A stretch of 62,696 nucleotides of DNA, filler included, from Rhabdomonas costata (taxonomy: Eukaryota): assembly GCA_019059605.1 (NCBI GenBank). It is 26 parts of 26 records of this genome, joined end to end, with 100 filler letters (N's around TTAATTAATTAA, not from the genome) between each part and the next. Parts side by side here need not be neighbours in the genome. Positions count along the whole stretch, not along the records: positions 12,087 to 14,397 come from JAHMHO010004076.1; positions 14,498 to 16,813 come from JAHMHO010004077.1; positions 16,914 to 19,229 come from JAHMHO010004078.1; positions 19,330 to 21,644 come from JAHMHO010004079.1; positions 21,745 to 24,060 come from JAHMHO010004080.1; 21 more parts are not named here. One strand, written 5' to 3'. How positions within the stretch are numbered: position 1 is the first letter of the stretch; each line of letters starts with the position of its first letter. Shown one piece after another: positions 12,943-23,402 of the stretch. A program made the translations under genes and the position numbers. The notes below the pieces were generated by a model. It was given only the letters and a program-made list of their open reading frames with translations. It was not told the origin of the DNA and ran no database searches.

Positions 12943-13985
12943 TCCGTGGCCGGAAGCTCGGGCTCGGGGGACGTGGTGGAGCGGGCCAAGTCGTTGGCCA
13001 ACCGGCTTTTCCTCTTCCATGAAGTCCTGCAGCGCCCCGATCCCACCACTGCGCACCTCCAGACCGCCCTGAGTGCCGCTCAAGATAGAGTGGACGCACT
13101 GCTCGCGGCATGCAAGGCGTGGAAGGGGGTGGCAGCTGGGGGCTTGGGGAGGCCCCCGCCATCCTTCGCGCCGCTTGTGGCGCGGCCTCGCTCCCCTGAG
13201 CCCCATTCGAAGCAACACCCCACAAAACCGGTTTCTTGTCTCGCTGAAGAATCGTAATTTCTCAAGCACTCAATGAGAGTGGATATTTTGGGGTAGCTGC
13301 TGTACTGGTGCACGAATGGAAGCCATGCTACAGTTGGCTTCTTGGTTTTCGGCTGGGGACACATCTGGTGATTAGTTCTGGTATTTTTAAGAAGGAAGAG
13401 GGCGTATCCGGCATCCAGGAGGCGAAAGTAGGCGGAATTCGAAAGAAAGACACTTTCTTCGACGGGGATTGGGGCCTTCCCTCCCTTCCCCTTCCCTCAG
13501 TGACCTGTTTGCAAAGCCAGATTGTACCCACCCTTGCAAAAAACACTTCCACTGAGTTGTGGGGTATTCCAGCCTGTGGGGAGGCACGGGTGAAGTGGTA
13601 CGACGCAAAATCATACATTATCATCAAACGCCTCTTCTTTGTCTAACAATAAGCGGTTGAATGAAAAGCAGAACTGCAAAGTCGTCTTCACCCTGGGATT
13701 TGAAACCTTTCCTTCCTATTTCAATGATCAGATCCACAACGACGAAACTGACACCCCGCAAATACCCAAACTTGGAAACGCAGACTATCCACTGCCTCCC
13801 GGTCCCACCCATTCTCTCCTCACACCCAGGGGCCCCTCCTGGCGGAGGTGGCCGGCGCGGCCGAGGTGAACGAGCTGGCCAATGTGGTGAAGCTTCAGAG
13901 CGACGCGATGGCGCTTCTGATGCGGCGGCTGCTGCAGCCCGCCTCTTTCTCTGGCGCCGTTGCTGTGGTTACGCCCTCACCTCCG
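12943..13985 (+). CDS. Hypothetical helical protein (two probable exons)
   Basis: Exon 12943 to about 13116 (SVAGSSGSGDVVERAKSLANRLFLFHEVLQRPDPTTAHLQTALSAAQDRVDALLAACK) and exon 13830-13985 (GPLLAEVAGAAEVNELANVVKLQSDAMALLMRRLLQP...). Codons are GC3-rich and the second exon follows a pyrimidine tract + CAG. The donor is ambiguous (AAG|GCGTGG or GGG|GTGGCA). Confidence 0.5.
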
Positions 13986-16913
13986 GTGTGCCGTTGGGCT
14001 CAATCTGAACGAATGTCAGCACTAGAGGTGGGTGTATGGGGCCGCAAGGGTTTCGTTGGGAGGTGGCATACCTATCGAGATTCAACAACACAAGCTGGAC
14101 CCCCCACCATGGCGATAGGGGCTAATTCGTTGTTGAGATCGGGAATTCGCTGTGACCTCCTCTGCTGCTAGTGTGCCATCTGAAGGAAGAATCCGTGTAG
14201 GGTTGTTTGGTATGGGTTTTTGTTGCTGCATACAGGAAAGAGAATGACACCAATCTTACTATCAGCCTCCTGGAGACTTCACAGGCGTGTCAGGGAAGGT
14301 TACGGTGCAAGAAAAAGCGACTTTCAGGGGATGACTGTTTGGTTCAAAAAGTGCCTTTGGGCAACGAGTGCGCAGAAAATTTTTTGAACCAAACAAANNN
14401 NNNNNNNNNNNNNNNNNNNNNNNNNNNNNNNNNNNNNNNNNTTAATTAATTAANNNNNNNNNNNNNNNNNNNNNNNNNNNNNNNNNNNNNNNNNNNNGGT
14501 TGGTTGGTTGGGCGGATACCCCGCCGTGCAACAAGTCTCAGGCGCAAGCGGAGGCAATGCAGATCTGGGGGAGCTGGATGTTTCCCAACACCACCTCTCC
14601 GCATATTGACGCCTACTTCCTTCGCTGGTACGGGAAGGGTTCTCTCTTTTGACTCCTTTTCCTTCCCTTCTCTGTAAATCACTCCATAAAAATGGTGCTC
14701 TGTTGAGGGGGATACCCGGCTTCACCTGTTTTTAAAGCAGTGAGTGATTCTTCAGTGGTTGATATTGAAAAATTTGGGCGGGCAATGCTCCTTCCCTGCG
14801 ATTCAAGCAGATAATTTTCAGGGGGTTAGGAGGCGATGCTGATATCCTGGAATTCCGATGAAATAAATCGAAACTTTGTCACAAGTTCGCTAGACCCAAA
14901 AGTGGCCTGACAGCCTGTGAAATTGGAGAGAAAGGTGGGTGGTCAGCTGCACAAGGATTGCAGCAATTTGTAACGCGCAGAAGCTCCTGACCATTCCGCA
15001 TTCTCAAGCAGACAAGAGCATGTGGCGGGAAAAAGACCGTTCCGTGGTTACCATAGCGCTAGTTCTAGCGCAGATCGATGAAAGTAAAGGAGAGATTGTA
15101 GTGGATCTCGTCCGAAGCAGTCCCGTGAAAAACTCATTGGGGAACGGCTTCTGGATTTTTGCTATTGGCCATCATCGAAGTTTATTGGGGTCACGTCCCG
15201 AAGTTCATCTTTCAAGGGAGACGAACTGATCTCCCAATTACGGAATTATCCAGTTATCGACCTCAACCGTGGAACTAATTTTCCGCTTCCCACCTTTTTC
15301 CTGTGCATCAGAAATGCAGAACTGCCTCACAAGTCGCGATGAAGGATTGAAATGAGGAGAAAGGGAATTTAGGCGTTGACCTCTGTGGGTATGCTCAATC
15401 GTTTCGCCCGCCATATCAACTGTGACCGAAATGCGAACGACAAACACCCCTTCGGCTGCCCAGCTGCGAGGCTGTCCGGTGTGTGTTGTAACCTTTGCTC
15501 TCTCACTCTCTCTCACCCTCCTCCAAAACGGAAGTTCCGAGAGAAAACTGCCTTTGAACCTTTGGTGTGCGTAGTCCGTGCGGTTGGAAGGAAGGTATAA
15601 GGCCAGCAGACTGTGGCTGCCCCCCCCCCTCGTCAATCGTGCTCTTTGAACTGTTATTATCGCTATATCCGGGACTAAAGAGGTGCATAGGAAGTGAAAG
15701 GGATTTTGATTTTAAACCTTTCTCATTGTTCATAGATAAACAAGAGTTTAACCCTCTTGAACAAAAAAACGTCAGAGGCCACCTCAGTCAGATGAGTGTA
15801 TATGCTCCGCGCCTTTTAAAAGTGAGTACTCAAACGTGCGAGGGCCAATATAGACTTTCTAGGCGACAAAAAGACTTATTTTTGTTTAGTCTACTCCTTT
15901 TTGGAATGAGGTTGCGAGAGTAAACAGTGTAACACTGTTATGCGGTCATGAGCGGAAAAATAACAGTTTTTGGCGGTGGGTGGGCGGAGGCCAGCTTGGA
16001 TGGAGCAGCGTATTGCTGCATAAAGGCTTCAAGTGATTTAGTGACCCCCTCCTAAACCGGACCCCGCTCTGTATGTCCAAACTTTAATGAACAATCGGAT
16101 ACTTTGTATTTTTTTGCCACAGACAATCAAAAATGCAATGGTGTTGTACAAAAAACACAATGCCCTTGACAAAATTTCCGTCTTCGCTTGATTGCCCACC
16201 AGCACACCCACACTTCCACATGCGGACATATGCATATATACTTTGTAGATCCGAACCCATATTTTTCTCCACTATCGTGAATCGCTCAGCGGCTCTGCTC
16301 ACCAAATGCATTTCTTCACACACGATGGGAACCAGCGCAATCCCTCAGGTTGTGAAGGGAAGAAGTGACCAGTCGGAGATAATGGGAGGAACCTATCCTG
16401 TCTATTCGTCAGTGGTTGTTACGGAGATGAACCCTGCTCAGAGTTAAAGTTATTGTTACGACACAACACACGAATGGCATTACAACATTGACCCAAATTT
16501 GAGAAAAAATGATCAAACCTGCACACCCTTCAAAGGTTCTGTGCACACCCCGTTCGAGTGCTGCAACTTCTATAACCACTTTCCGAAAGCCCTCTCGCAA
16601 AGTCCAACAAGCCGAGGCAGGGCGTCTCTGACAGTAATAACAAGCCGGTGTGCTACGGCAAAAGCGGTGAAACAACCAAAGGGACAGAACAGAGAAAAGC
16701 AACAGGTTGAGACTAAGTGGATCGGAGTCATTCGACGCATCTGAAAAACAGAACTAACAGAAAAGAAAGGGGGAGGGGGGACGGTGTGGAGAAAAGGGTT
16801 GACACCAAAAAAANNNNNNNNNNNNNNNNNNNNNNNNNNNNNNNNNNNNNNNNNNNNTTAATTAATTAANNNNNNNNNNNNNNNNNNNNNNNNNNNNNNN
16901 NNNNNNNNNNNNN

Positions 16914-17682
16914 TGGGGGTTATATTGCTTTGATGCTTCTTGCGGTTTTTGGTGTGGGATTCACGACGTGTTGGTACTGGTTTGTTTTACTGTGTGCGTG
17001 AGTGTCGTGAGTGGCTGTGTCTGGGTTGGAGTCTGATTCTGTGTTGGGTTGTGGTTGGTGTCTGGGGCGTAGGGTGTTGCGTATGGTGTTTGGGCTGTGT
17101 AGCATTTTTCGCGTCTCTGTTGAGTTGCATGGTGAGTGGTTGTGGTTGTGGTAACGTTGGTTGGAGTGGTCGGTGTCATATTGGTTGGTATTACGTTGGA
17201 GCTGTTTGCGTTGCTGTGCGCTAGAATTGTTGGGGGCTCTGTGGTGTCGTGCCTCGGTGTCTGTGTCTTGTTGGTATGAGGGTTGGTGTTGGTGTCTGCG
17301 GGGGTGTCGGTGGTGGGATTGGCGTCGTTGGTGGTGTCGTTTGCTTGATGTCTCTGTGTCTGTCTCTGTGTCTGTCTCTGTATGTGTCAGTGGAGCTTGG
17401 GTGGGTGTCAAGGTTTGCGTTTTTGCTGCAAACGGTGGGGGGTGTTGGTGCTACGCTGAGCGGAGTGTGGTGTGGGTGTCTGCGTGAGTTTTGTGGTGGT
17501 AATGGTCGTGACTTCTGGGGTGGTGTGTGCGATTATTTTGTGGGTCTTTGTCTTAGTGCATCCGTTGATGTAACTGGGTTCTGTGTCGTTTGTTGGCTCT
17601 GTTTCCGGTGTTGTCTCTGCTTCTGTGTACGCTTCTGTGTCAGGTTCTGTGTCTGTGTTGGTTCGGTGTCGGTGTCGGTCTC
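16914..17682. repeat. G/T-skewed low-complexity tract with degenerate TCTGTG/TCGGTG units
   Basis: Strong A/C depletion on the + strand. The minus strand translates as Thr/Gln-rich, mucin-like sequence but with frame breaks. Confidence 0.75.
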
Positions 17683-19369
17683 AGCGGATGTCCATCGGGA
17701 CATCCATTTCTGGAGTCGGTTCAAAGCTCACAACCAATGCAGCAACACTATCGTAATTTCCAGGCGTCGATACACCTGAGGTATTCACAGCACTTACTAC
17801 TTCAGCGTTACACAACATATCTGTGATCGTTCCAAGTGTCCTGAGTAGTACGTAGACGTCCCGAAGTTCAACGTTCGGTTGACCGTCGTTACACTGACAA
17901 AGCCAAAACGAACCACGTGATGATGCAAGTATAGCAGTGAAGCTATGCAACGTAGCGCGTAACTCCACCCATGAGGTATTGACTGGAGATGAACTATGAG
18001 TGACACCATGACCCTGCGTTCGGTACTCAGCTTAGCATCAAGTAGGGGACATGAAGTCGCACGGGATGTGGTAGCAGTGCTGGGTAGGTGACAGGATACA
18101 GGAGGATTGTCTGAGGATTGTGAGATTTTCAGCTTATCAGAGGCCTTCTCCAACAAGCAAGATAAAAAATGATATGCTGCAAGCATCCCATTAAAATACC
18201 ACATTCTCCAAGAATCACAAGAAGGTGTAAAGGATGAGCTGGACAAAATGATTGCCCATACTGCCATGTTATATGTTTAAGGAAGTCAATAGAATATGCG
18301 TAGATTTCGAAATCGATTGCGTTCCTCATATCACGTTTGCTCGCTTGTTTACAAACAATAAAGCAAGTAGTAGCTTCGCAAAAGTATTAATTAAAAAATT
18401 CCCAAAGAAGAGTGTATGGATGGTCTGCGTACTTCTAGCCATTACATAAGGGCACCAAGTTGGAATTCAGCCTACACTATGTCTAGCCTTTTATAAGACA
18501 CAGGAGCTGATAGAAGGAAAAGTTGCAATATGCGCTCGAAGGGCTCCTGCTCTGCAAGCCTAACTTAAGACATTATTGTGTACCTTTAGAAATATAGGAA
18601 AGGTGGATTTTCCGATAACAGGGCTTTACATCAGAGCAATGGCATTACAAGGAAATGGTATCGGAAAAATGGTACAAATCCTGGAAATTAAATGGGGAAG
18701 AATCCACTCTTTGTCCTATAAAGAACAGTGTGAATGTTACGGAGCACTTTTTGTGTGACTGATATACGGTTTTCATCGACGTTGATATTGTAGAATTTTA
18801 CCCCATCGATGACTGGTAGCAAATGCATGTATCACAACATGGGGCCCATAAATACGCAAGATCACTTTCAGTGTCCGCTTGTTGTAAACTGTCAAATTTT
18901 ACTTCCGTTAGCTCCTAAACAAACAAACCATAATTACAACATCTTATAAAACTTAGGCTTCAGTCGTTTGCTTCCGCATACAACACAGCAAACACTGAGC
19001 TTCCTCATCTTCCACCACTCAAAAACGCCACAGTAACTTCTTTGCAGGTCTGTTATGATCAACCACAGCAACCTGAAGCGGCGTGGAATAAGGAAACCAG
19101 TCAAAATTAACTTCCCACACAAAGCCACCGGAGGTTATGAAAGAATCGCACTTAAAGGGTAACGCGTTTCAATTCTAAAGCACCATTTTCATTAAGGCAA
19201 GAACCCCATTTCTAGCTACCACCACACCCNNNNNNNNNNNNNNNNNNNNNNNNNNNNNNNNNNNNNNNNNNNNTTAATTAATTAANNNNNNNNNNNNNNN
19301 NNNNNNNNNNNNNNNNNNNNNNNNNNNNNATGCATTTTCCCCTTCTGCACTATTTACTAAATGGGACGT

Positions 19370-20752
19370 TCACTTCAGGTTAGAGGCCACGAAGTCCCAG
19401 TTCACGATTTTCCAGAACGACTGCAGGTAACTGTCCCGGCGGTTCAGGAAGTCCACCTGCGCAAAACACAGACACCAACAAAAAGAGCCGCTTCGGCATG
19501 ACAAATCCGGTTTCTAACGGACGTTTCTGCTTCCTGCGGTATCTACTCCAAACTGTCCGAAGACCACGGTTGAGGAAAGCGCTTTCCTTCTCCCTTCTGG
19601 AAAAAGCGCGCTTTAGAGGTTCAGTTTACCTTTACTACAGCGGGACGACCCATCCCAACAGGTGAACAGAGGGAGGGGCAGGACATAAGCGAATCCCCCT
19701 CCACTCCCCCGATTGCGCTTCAGATACGTAGTAAGCGTGCTCCCAAACGTCCGCCGTGAGCAGGGGGGTGAGCCCATCGGTGAAGGGCACCGCCGCGTTG
19801 CTGGTGTTGACAATATCTAGCTTCCCGTCGGGCTTCTGGACGAGCCATGTCCACCCCGAGCCAAAGTTGCCCACCGCGGAGGCCTCAAACTTGGCCTTGA
19901 ACTCATCCACGGAGCCAAAGTTGGCCTTCAGCGCAGCCTAAGAGAGTAAAATGGGTGAAAACCACAACGTCGAATTCATCTTACCCTTTTTTCATCACCT
20001 TGCCCTGCAAAGGGCAGCCGTAGTCCAGAGAGGGTACGCGCTATCCCAAAAGGCACACGACAATCACTCCCAGCAAACGTCGCTTGCCTCAAGCTTCGAC
20101 GGGACGGCGCTGCCATTGGGCTTCAGGCAGCTCCAGTAGAAGGAATGGTTGTAGTGCTGCGCGGTGTTGTTGAACACGGGCTTCTTGGTGGGGTCGCTGG
20201 CGGTTGCCTTGATGATCTCCTCCAGCGACTGGCTCTTAAGCTTGGCATCCGCCGCGCAGAACCCTGTGCAGCAACGAGCAAGACAGGAAACCTAACGAAA
20301 AACATACACATATGCTGTCCCAAAAAACTAAACGAAAGAGTGAGTTTGCGTCGCAAACAGAGGAAATGCCTTCATCAACAAAGCAAACATCAACCATGCT
20401 CCGAGGCAACAAACTTTTTCGCTTCAACATTCCGGTTGAAAATGAATAGGAACAGCAATAAACGCTCGAGTTAAGGAGGGGGAGCTAGCTAGCCATTTGG
20501 TCTCTGGCCCACCGCTGCAATCTAGTGCAATTCCGTGGGTCTGATCTGCTCAAATTTATCTCCGCCATCCAGGCGACCTACACATGCACAGCGCAGGAAC
20601 AGACCGTTCAGCTTGGTCACATAGGCGTTGTGGTGCTTGTTGTAGTGCAGGTCCAGCTGCTTGGGAGAGATGACCGGGGGAATGCCCTCCTGAACGGGGT
20701 AGGGCAGAGTGGGCAGGGCGTGCTGAAGGCGGACAAGAGCCAGACGGAACAT
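19370..20752 (-). CDS. sodB: Iron superoxide dismutase, complete, 4 exons, 206 aa, probably mitochondrial
   Basis: Exons 20752-20605, 20263-20088, 19937-19728 and 19456-19370 give [18 protein letters not shown]...[11 protein letters not shown]...[14 protein letters not shown]...FGSGWTWL...[36 protein letters not shown]. All four metal ligands are present, FNNxAQ is the Fe-type signature, and the short MFRL... N-terminus resembles a targeting peptide. Intron 2 is modelled as GC-AG. Confidence 0.97.
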
Positions 20753-20791
20753 CGTGACTTAACGAAGTGGCAGGGGAAATGGAGCGAGAAC

Positions 20792-20815
20792 CTGTAGAAA
20801 ACAAGCGAGAGGGAG
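20792..20815 (-). promoter_or_regulatory. Polypyrimidine tract + CAG upstream of the Fe-SOD start (candidate trans-splice acceptor)
   Basis: Minus strand CTCCCTCTCGCTTGTTTTCTACAG ends 39 nt before the ATG at 20752. Confidence 0.55.
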
Positions 20816-21517
20816 GTTGTCGTCTTTCGGTTTTTTGTTCCAATGCCTCGATAAATTCTTTTCTTTCAATCCCCCCAACGTACCAGAGGGACACTGGACA
20901 TGGTCTCCGCTAACAGCAACCTTTATGTGCAAATCATCCAAACAAAGGCAGATCCCGAACGTTTCCAGGCTTCAAAGACCCAAAGACAATCAGAGGACGA
21001 GATTAAAAGCAATTTGTCCGCGAAATATGTCTGTCCTAGTCACCAAAATAAAACCATGTCTCGAGTAATTGGATAGTGGTGGTTATATCTCGAGCCATAT
21101 GGACCGGTGGTTATGTCTCCAGATACATAGGCGGATGAGGTGCTTCAAGTAATTTTTCGTAAATACAGCTCCTCTCGCTGAAAAAAACCTGCTCAAGCAT
21201 AGTGTCGTCCTACAAAATTCCCCCGAAACCAGGCCGTATCAGAAGCAACAACAACACGTCAAATTCGCACGGTGGTGCGACGCAGACGGAAAAAAGCGGC
21301 ATGCTATCGGGTGATGTGCATAATACCTCTCAGAAAAAGAGGCCGAGTGAACCAATCCAACAGCAACACCACCACCCTCCACTCGATATTTAGGAACAGC
21401 TGCAGATTGCGCTGTCCACCCCCCTGCCCTCATTCACCAGCGATCCCATCTCAACGGAGAAAGAATCGGTGGGAGCGACGACCGACCGCCTTCCCAGCAC
21501 AAACCAAATTCACAGGT

Positions 21518-21644
21518 ATGCATTTTCCCCTTCTGCACTATTTACTAAATGGGACGTTCACTTCAGGTTAGAGGCCACGAAGTCCCAGTTCACGATTTTC
21601 CAGAACGACTGCAGGTAACTGTCCCGGCGGTTCAGGAAGTCCAC
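21518..21644. repeat. 127-bp terminal direct repeat of the contig start, including a second copy of Fe-SOD exon 4 (21558-21644)
   Basis: Identical to 19330-19456; implies a 2188-bp repeat unit. Confidence 0.97.
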
Positions 21645-21917
21645 NNNNNNNNNNNNNNNNNNNNNNNNNNNNNNNNNNNNNNNNNNNNTTAATTAATTAA
21701 NNNNNNNNNNNNNNNNNNNNNNNNNNNNNNNNNNNNNNNNNNNNGTGGGTGTATGCCTCCGCGCGGAGGTCTCATAAAAAGAAAATACCGCACCTCGGCG
21801 CGGAGGCATACACTCACTCGGAGAATCGAAAGAATGCACACGAGGGCAAAGGCAGACCGTGCATTCTATCGAAAGAAGGAAGGCTGGTTGGAATCGGAAA
21901 AAAGGTGAGAGACAGAC

Positions 21918-23402
21918 TTAGTCCGACCCCCCGCGGTTGTAGTAGTAGTCGTACCTCCGCCGGTACTCTCCGTCAGGGATGGCGTACAGCTGCTCGTGGC
22001 TGCCCGCCTCCAGCACTGTCCCAGCCTTCATCACCACAATAATGTCCGCAGCCTCGATGGTGGTCAGGCGGTGCGCCACGGTCACCACCGTCATTTTTTC
22101 CTTGCGGATGATGTCGTTCAGGGCCTCCTGCACCTCCTGAGAAGGGACAGTCAAGAGGTGCGTGAGGGTTGCGAGTTGATTAAAACCAGAACCTATCCGC
22201 TGTGGCGAAAAATCGCCCAATAGCGGGCTGTGCCCAAATCCACTTACTCCTGCCTGGAATCACTGCATTCCTGACGGGAGAGGGGTTTTGCTGCCCGAAC
22301 CACGTGTTCCTATCGAGTGCAGGATAGTTCGAGTGTGCAAGGGTTGCAATGGTGGGTTGACTATAACCAGAACCTGTCCGCTTTGACTGCATCGCCAAAT
22401 GTGGGCCGTACGAAATCATACCTAGGAGGCTGCCAAGAGGTTTTTGAGGGTTATAATTTTGCAACCATCCGCCCGCTTTGCCGATACAACGTCCAACGAT
22501 AGGCCGCACGCCAACCTCACCTTCTGATGCCTGCAACCACTGCCTTCTTGGCGGTCATGTGTCTTGCTGCGCAGGCACCATGTTCACCTTGCTTGCATGT
22601 AAACACAAGCTGGGTTCACGGTGCCAAAGGGAAGAGTTCAAAAAAGGTACTTGCCCCGATTGCATTCTTTTGTGTGCAGTGCACATATATTCCTGTATTA
22701 GAACAAATCACAACTGGAAGGAATGGTGTCACGACGTTTGGTGCCCGTGAGTGCACACGCCTTCTCTGAAGTGTTGTCCAGGGCGCTCGTGGCCTCGTCC
22801 AGAAAAAACACAACCGGCTTCCGCAGGATGCACCGCGCAATCGCAATCCGCTGCTTCTGCCCTCCGCTCAGCTGCGACCCCTTGGGGCCCACATTGGTGT
22901 CGTACTTATCGGGCAAGCCCACGATCACGTCTGCAGGTCCCCGCCAAAACACCCTCCGTAACAACCAGATGCGAACCAGTATGCAAAACCAGGTATATGC
23001 AGAAGACCGGTCGGTTCAACGAAAAGAGATTTCAGGGCGGTGTTGAGTTGAAACAGTTCTCGATCTCACCCCATAAAGGACCCAGCAACAAGCAATTCTC
23101 CGGAAGCAGGCGAAATAGACCGACAGGTGGGGCGAAAGTAAAGGCAGCAAGAGTGCCACGGGGAAGCAACCCCCCTTAAAACGTAGCCAAGAAGGTCACA
23201 TACGGTGGATGTGAGCTTTCCGGGCTGCCTCGAAGACTTCCTCGTCCGTGGCATCAGGCTTGCTGTACTTGATGTTGTTCATCACTGCGGCGCAGTAAAG
23301 TGTGTGATACGGCAAAAAACACACAAACCAAAAGGACTTTCCAAGTACAGCATGGAGGGACAAGACACCTGTGTCGTCGAACAGCACCGGCTCTTGCGAC
23401 AC
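21918..23402 (-). CDS. ABCB (MDR/P-glycoprotein-like) transporter, C-terminal nucleotide-binding domain (partial, last 4 exons)
   Basis: Exons 23402-23369 ([12 protein letters not shown]-loop), 23284-23204 ([26 protein letters not shown]), 22930-22761 ([28 protein letters not shown]...[16 protein letters not shown]) and 22136-21918 (EVQEALND...[31 protein letters not shown]...*). The last intron is GC-AG. Confidence 0.95.

Noticed and set aside
18180..18449. Gypsy-like RT relic (VKDELDKM, RICVDF, PHI, FAKV)
   Set aside because: The motifs are much closer together than in real Ty3/Gypsy RT and there is no downstream PFGL or YxDD. A translated search could still rescue it.
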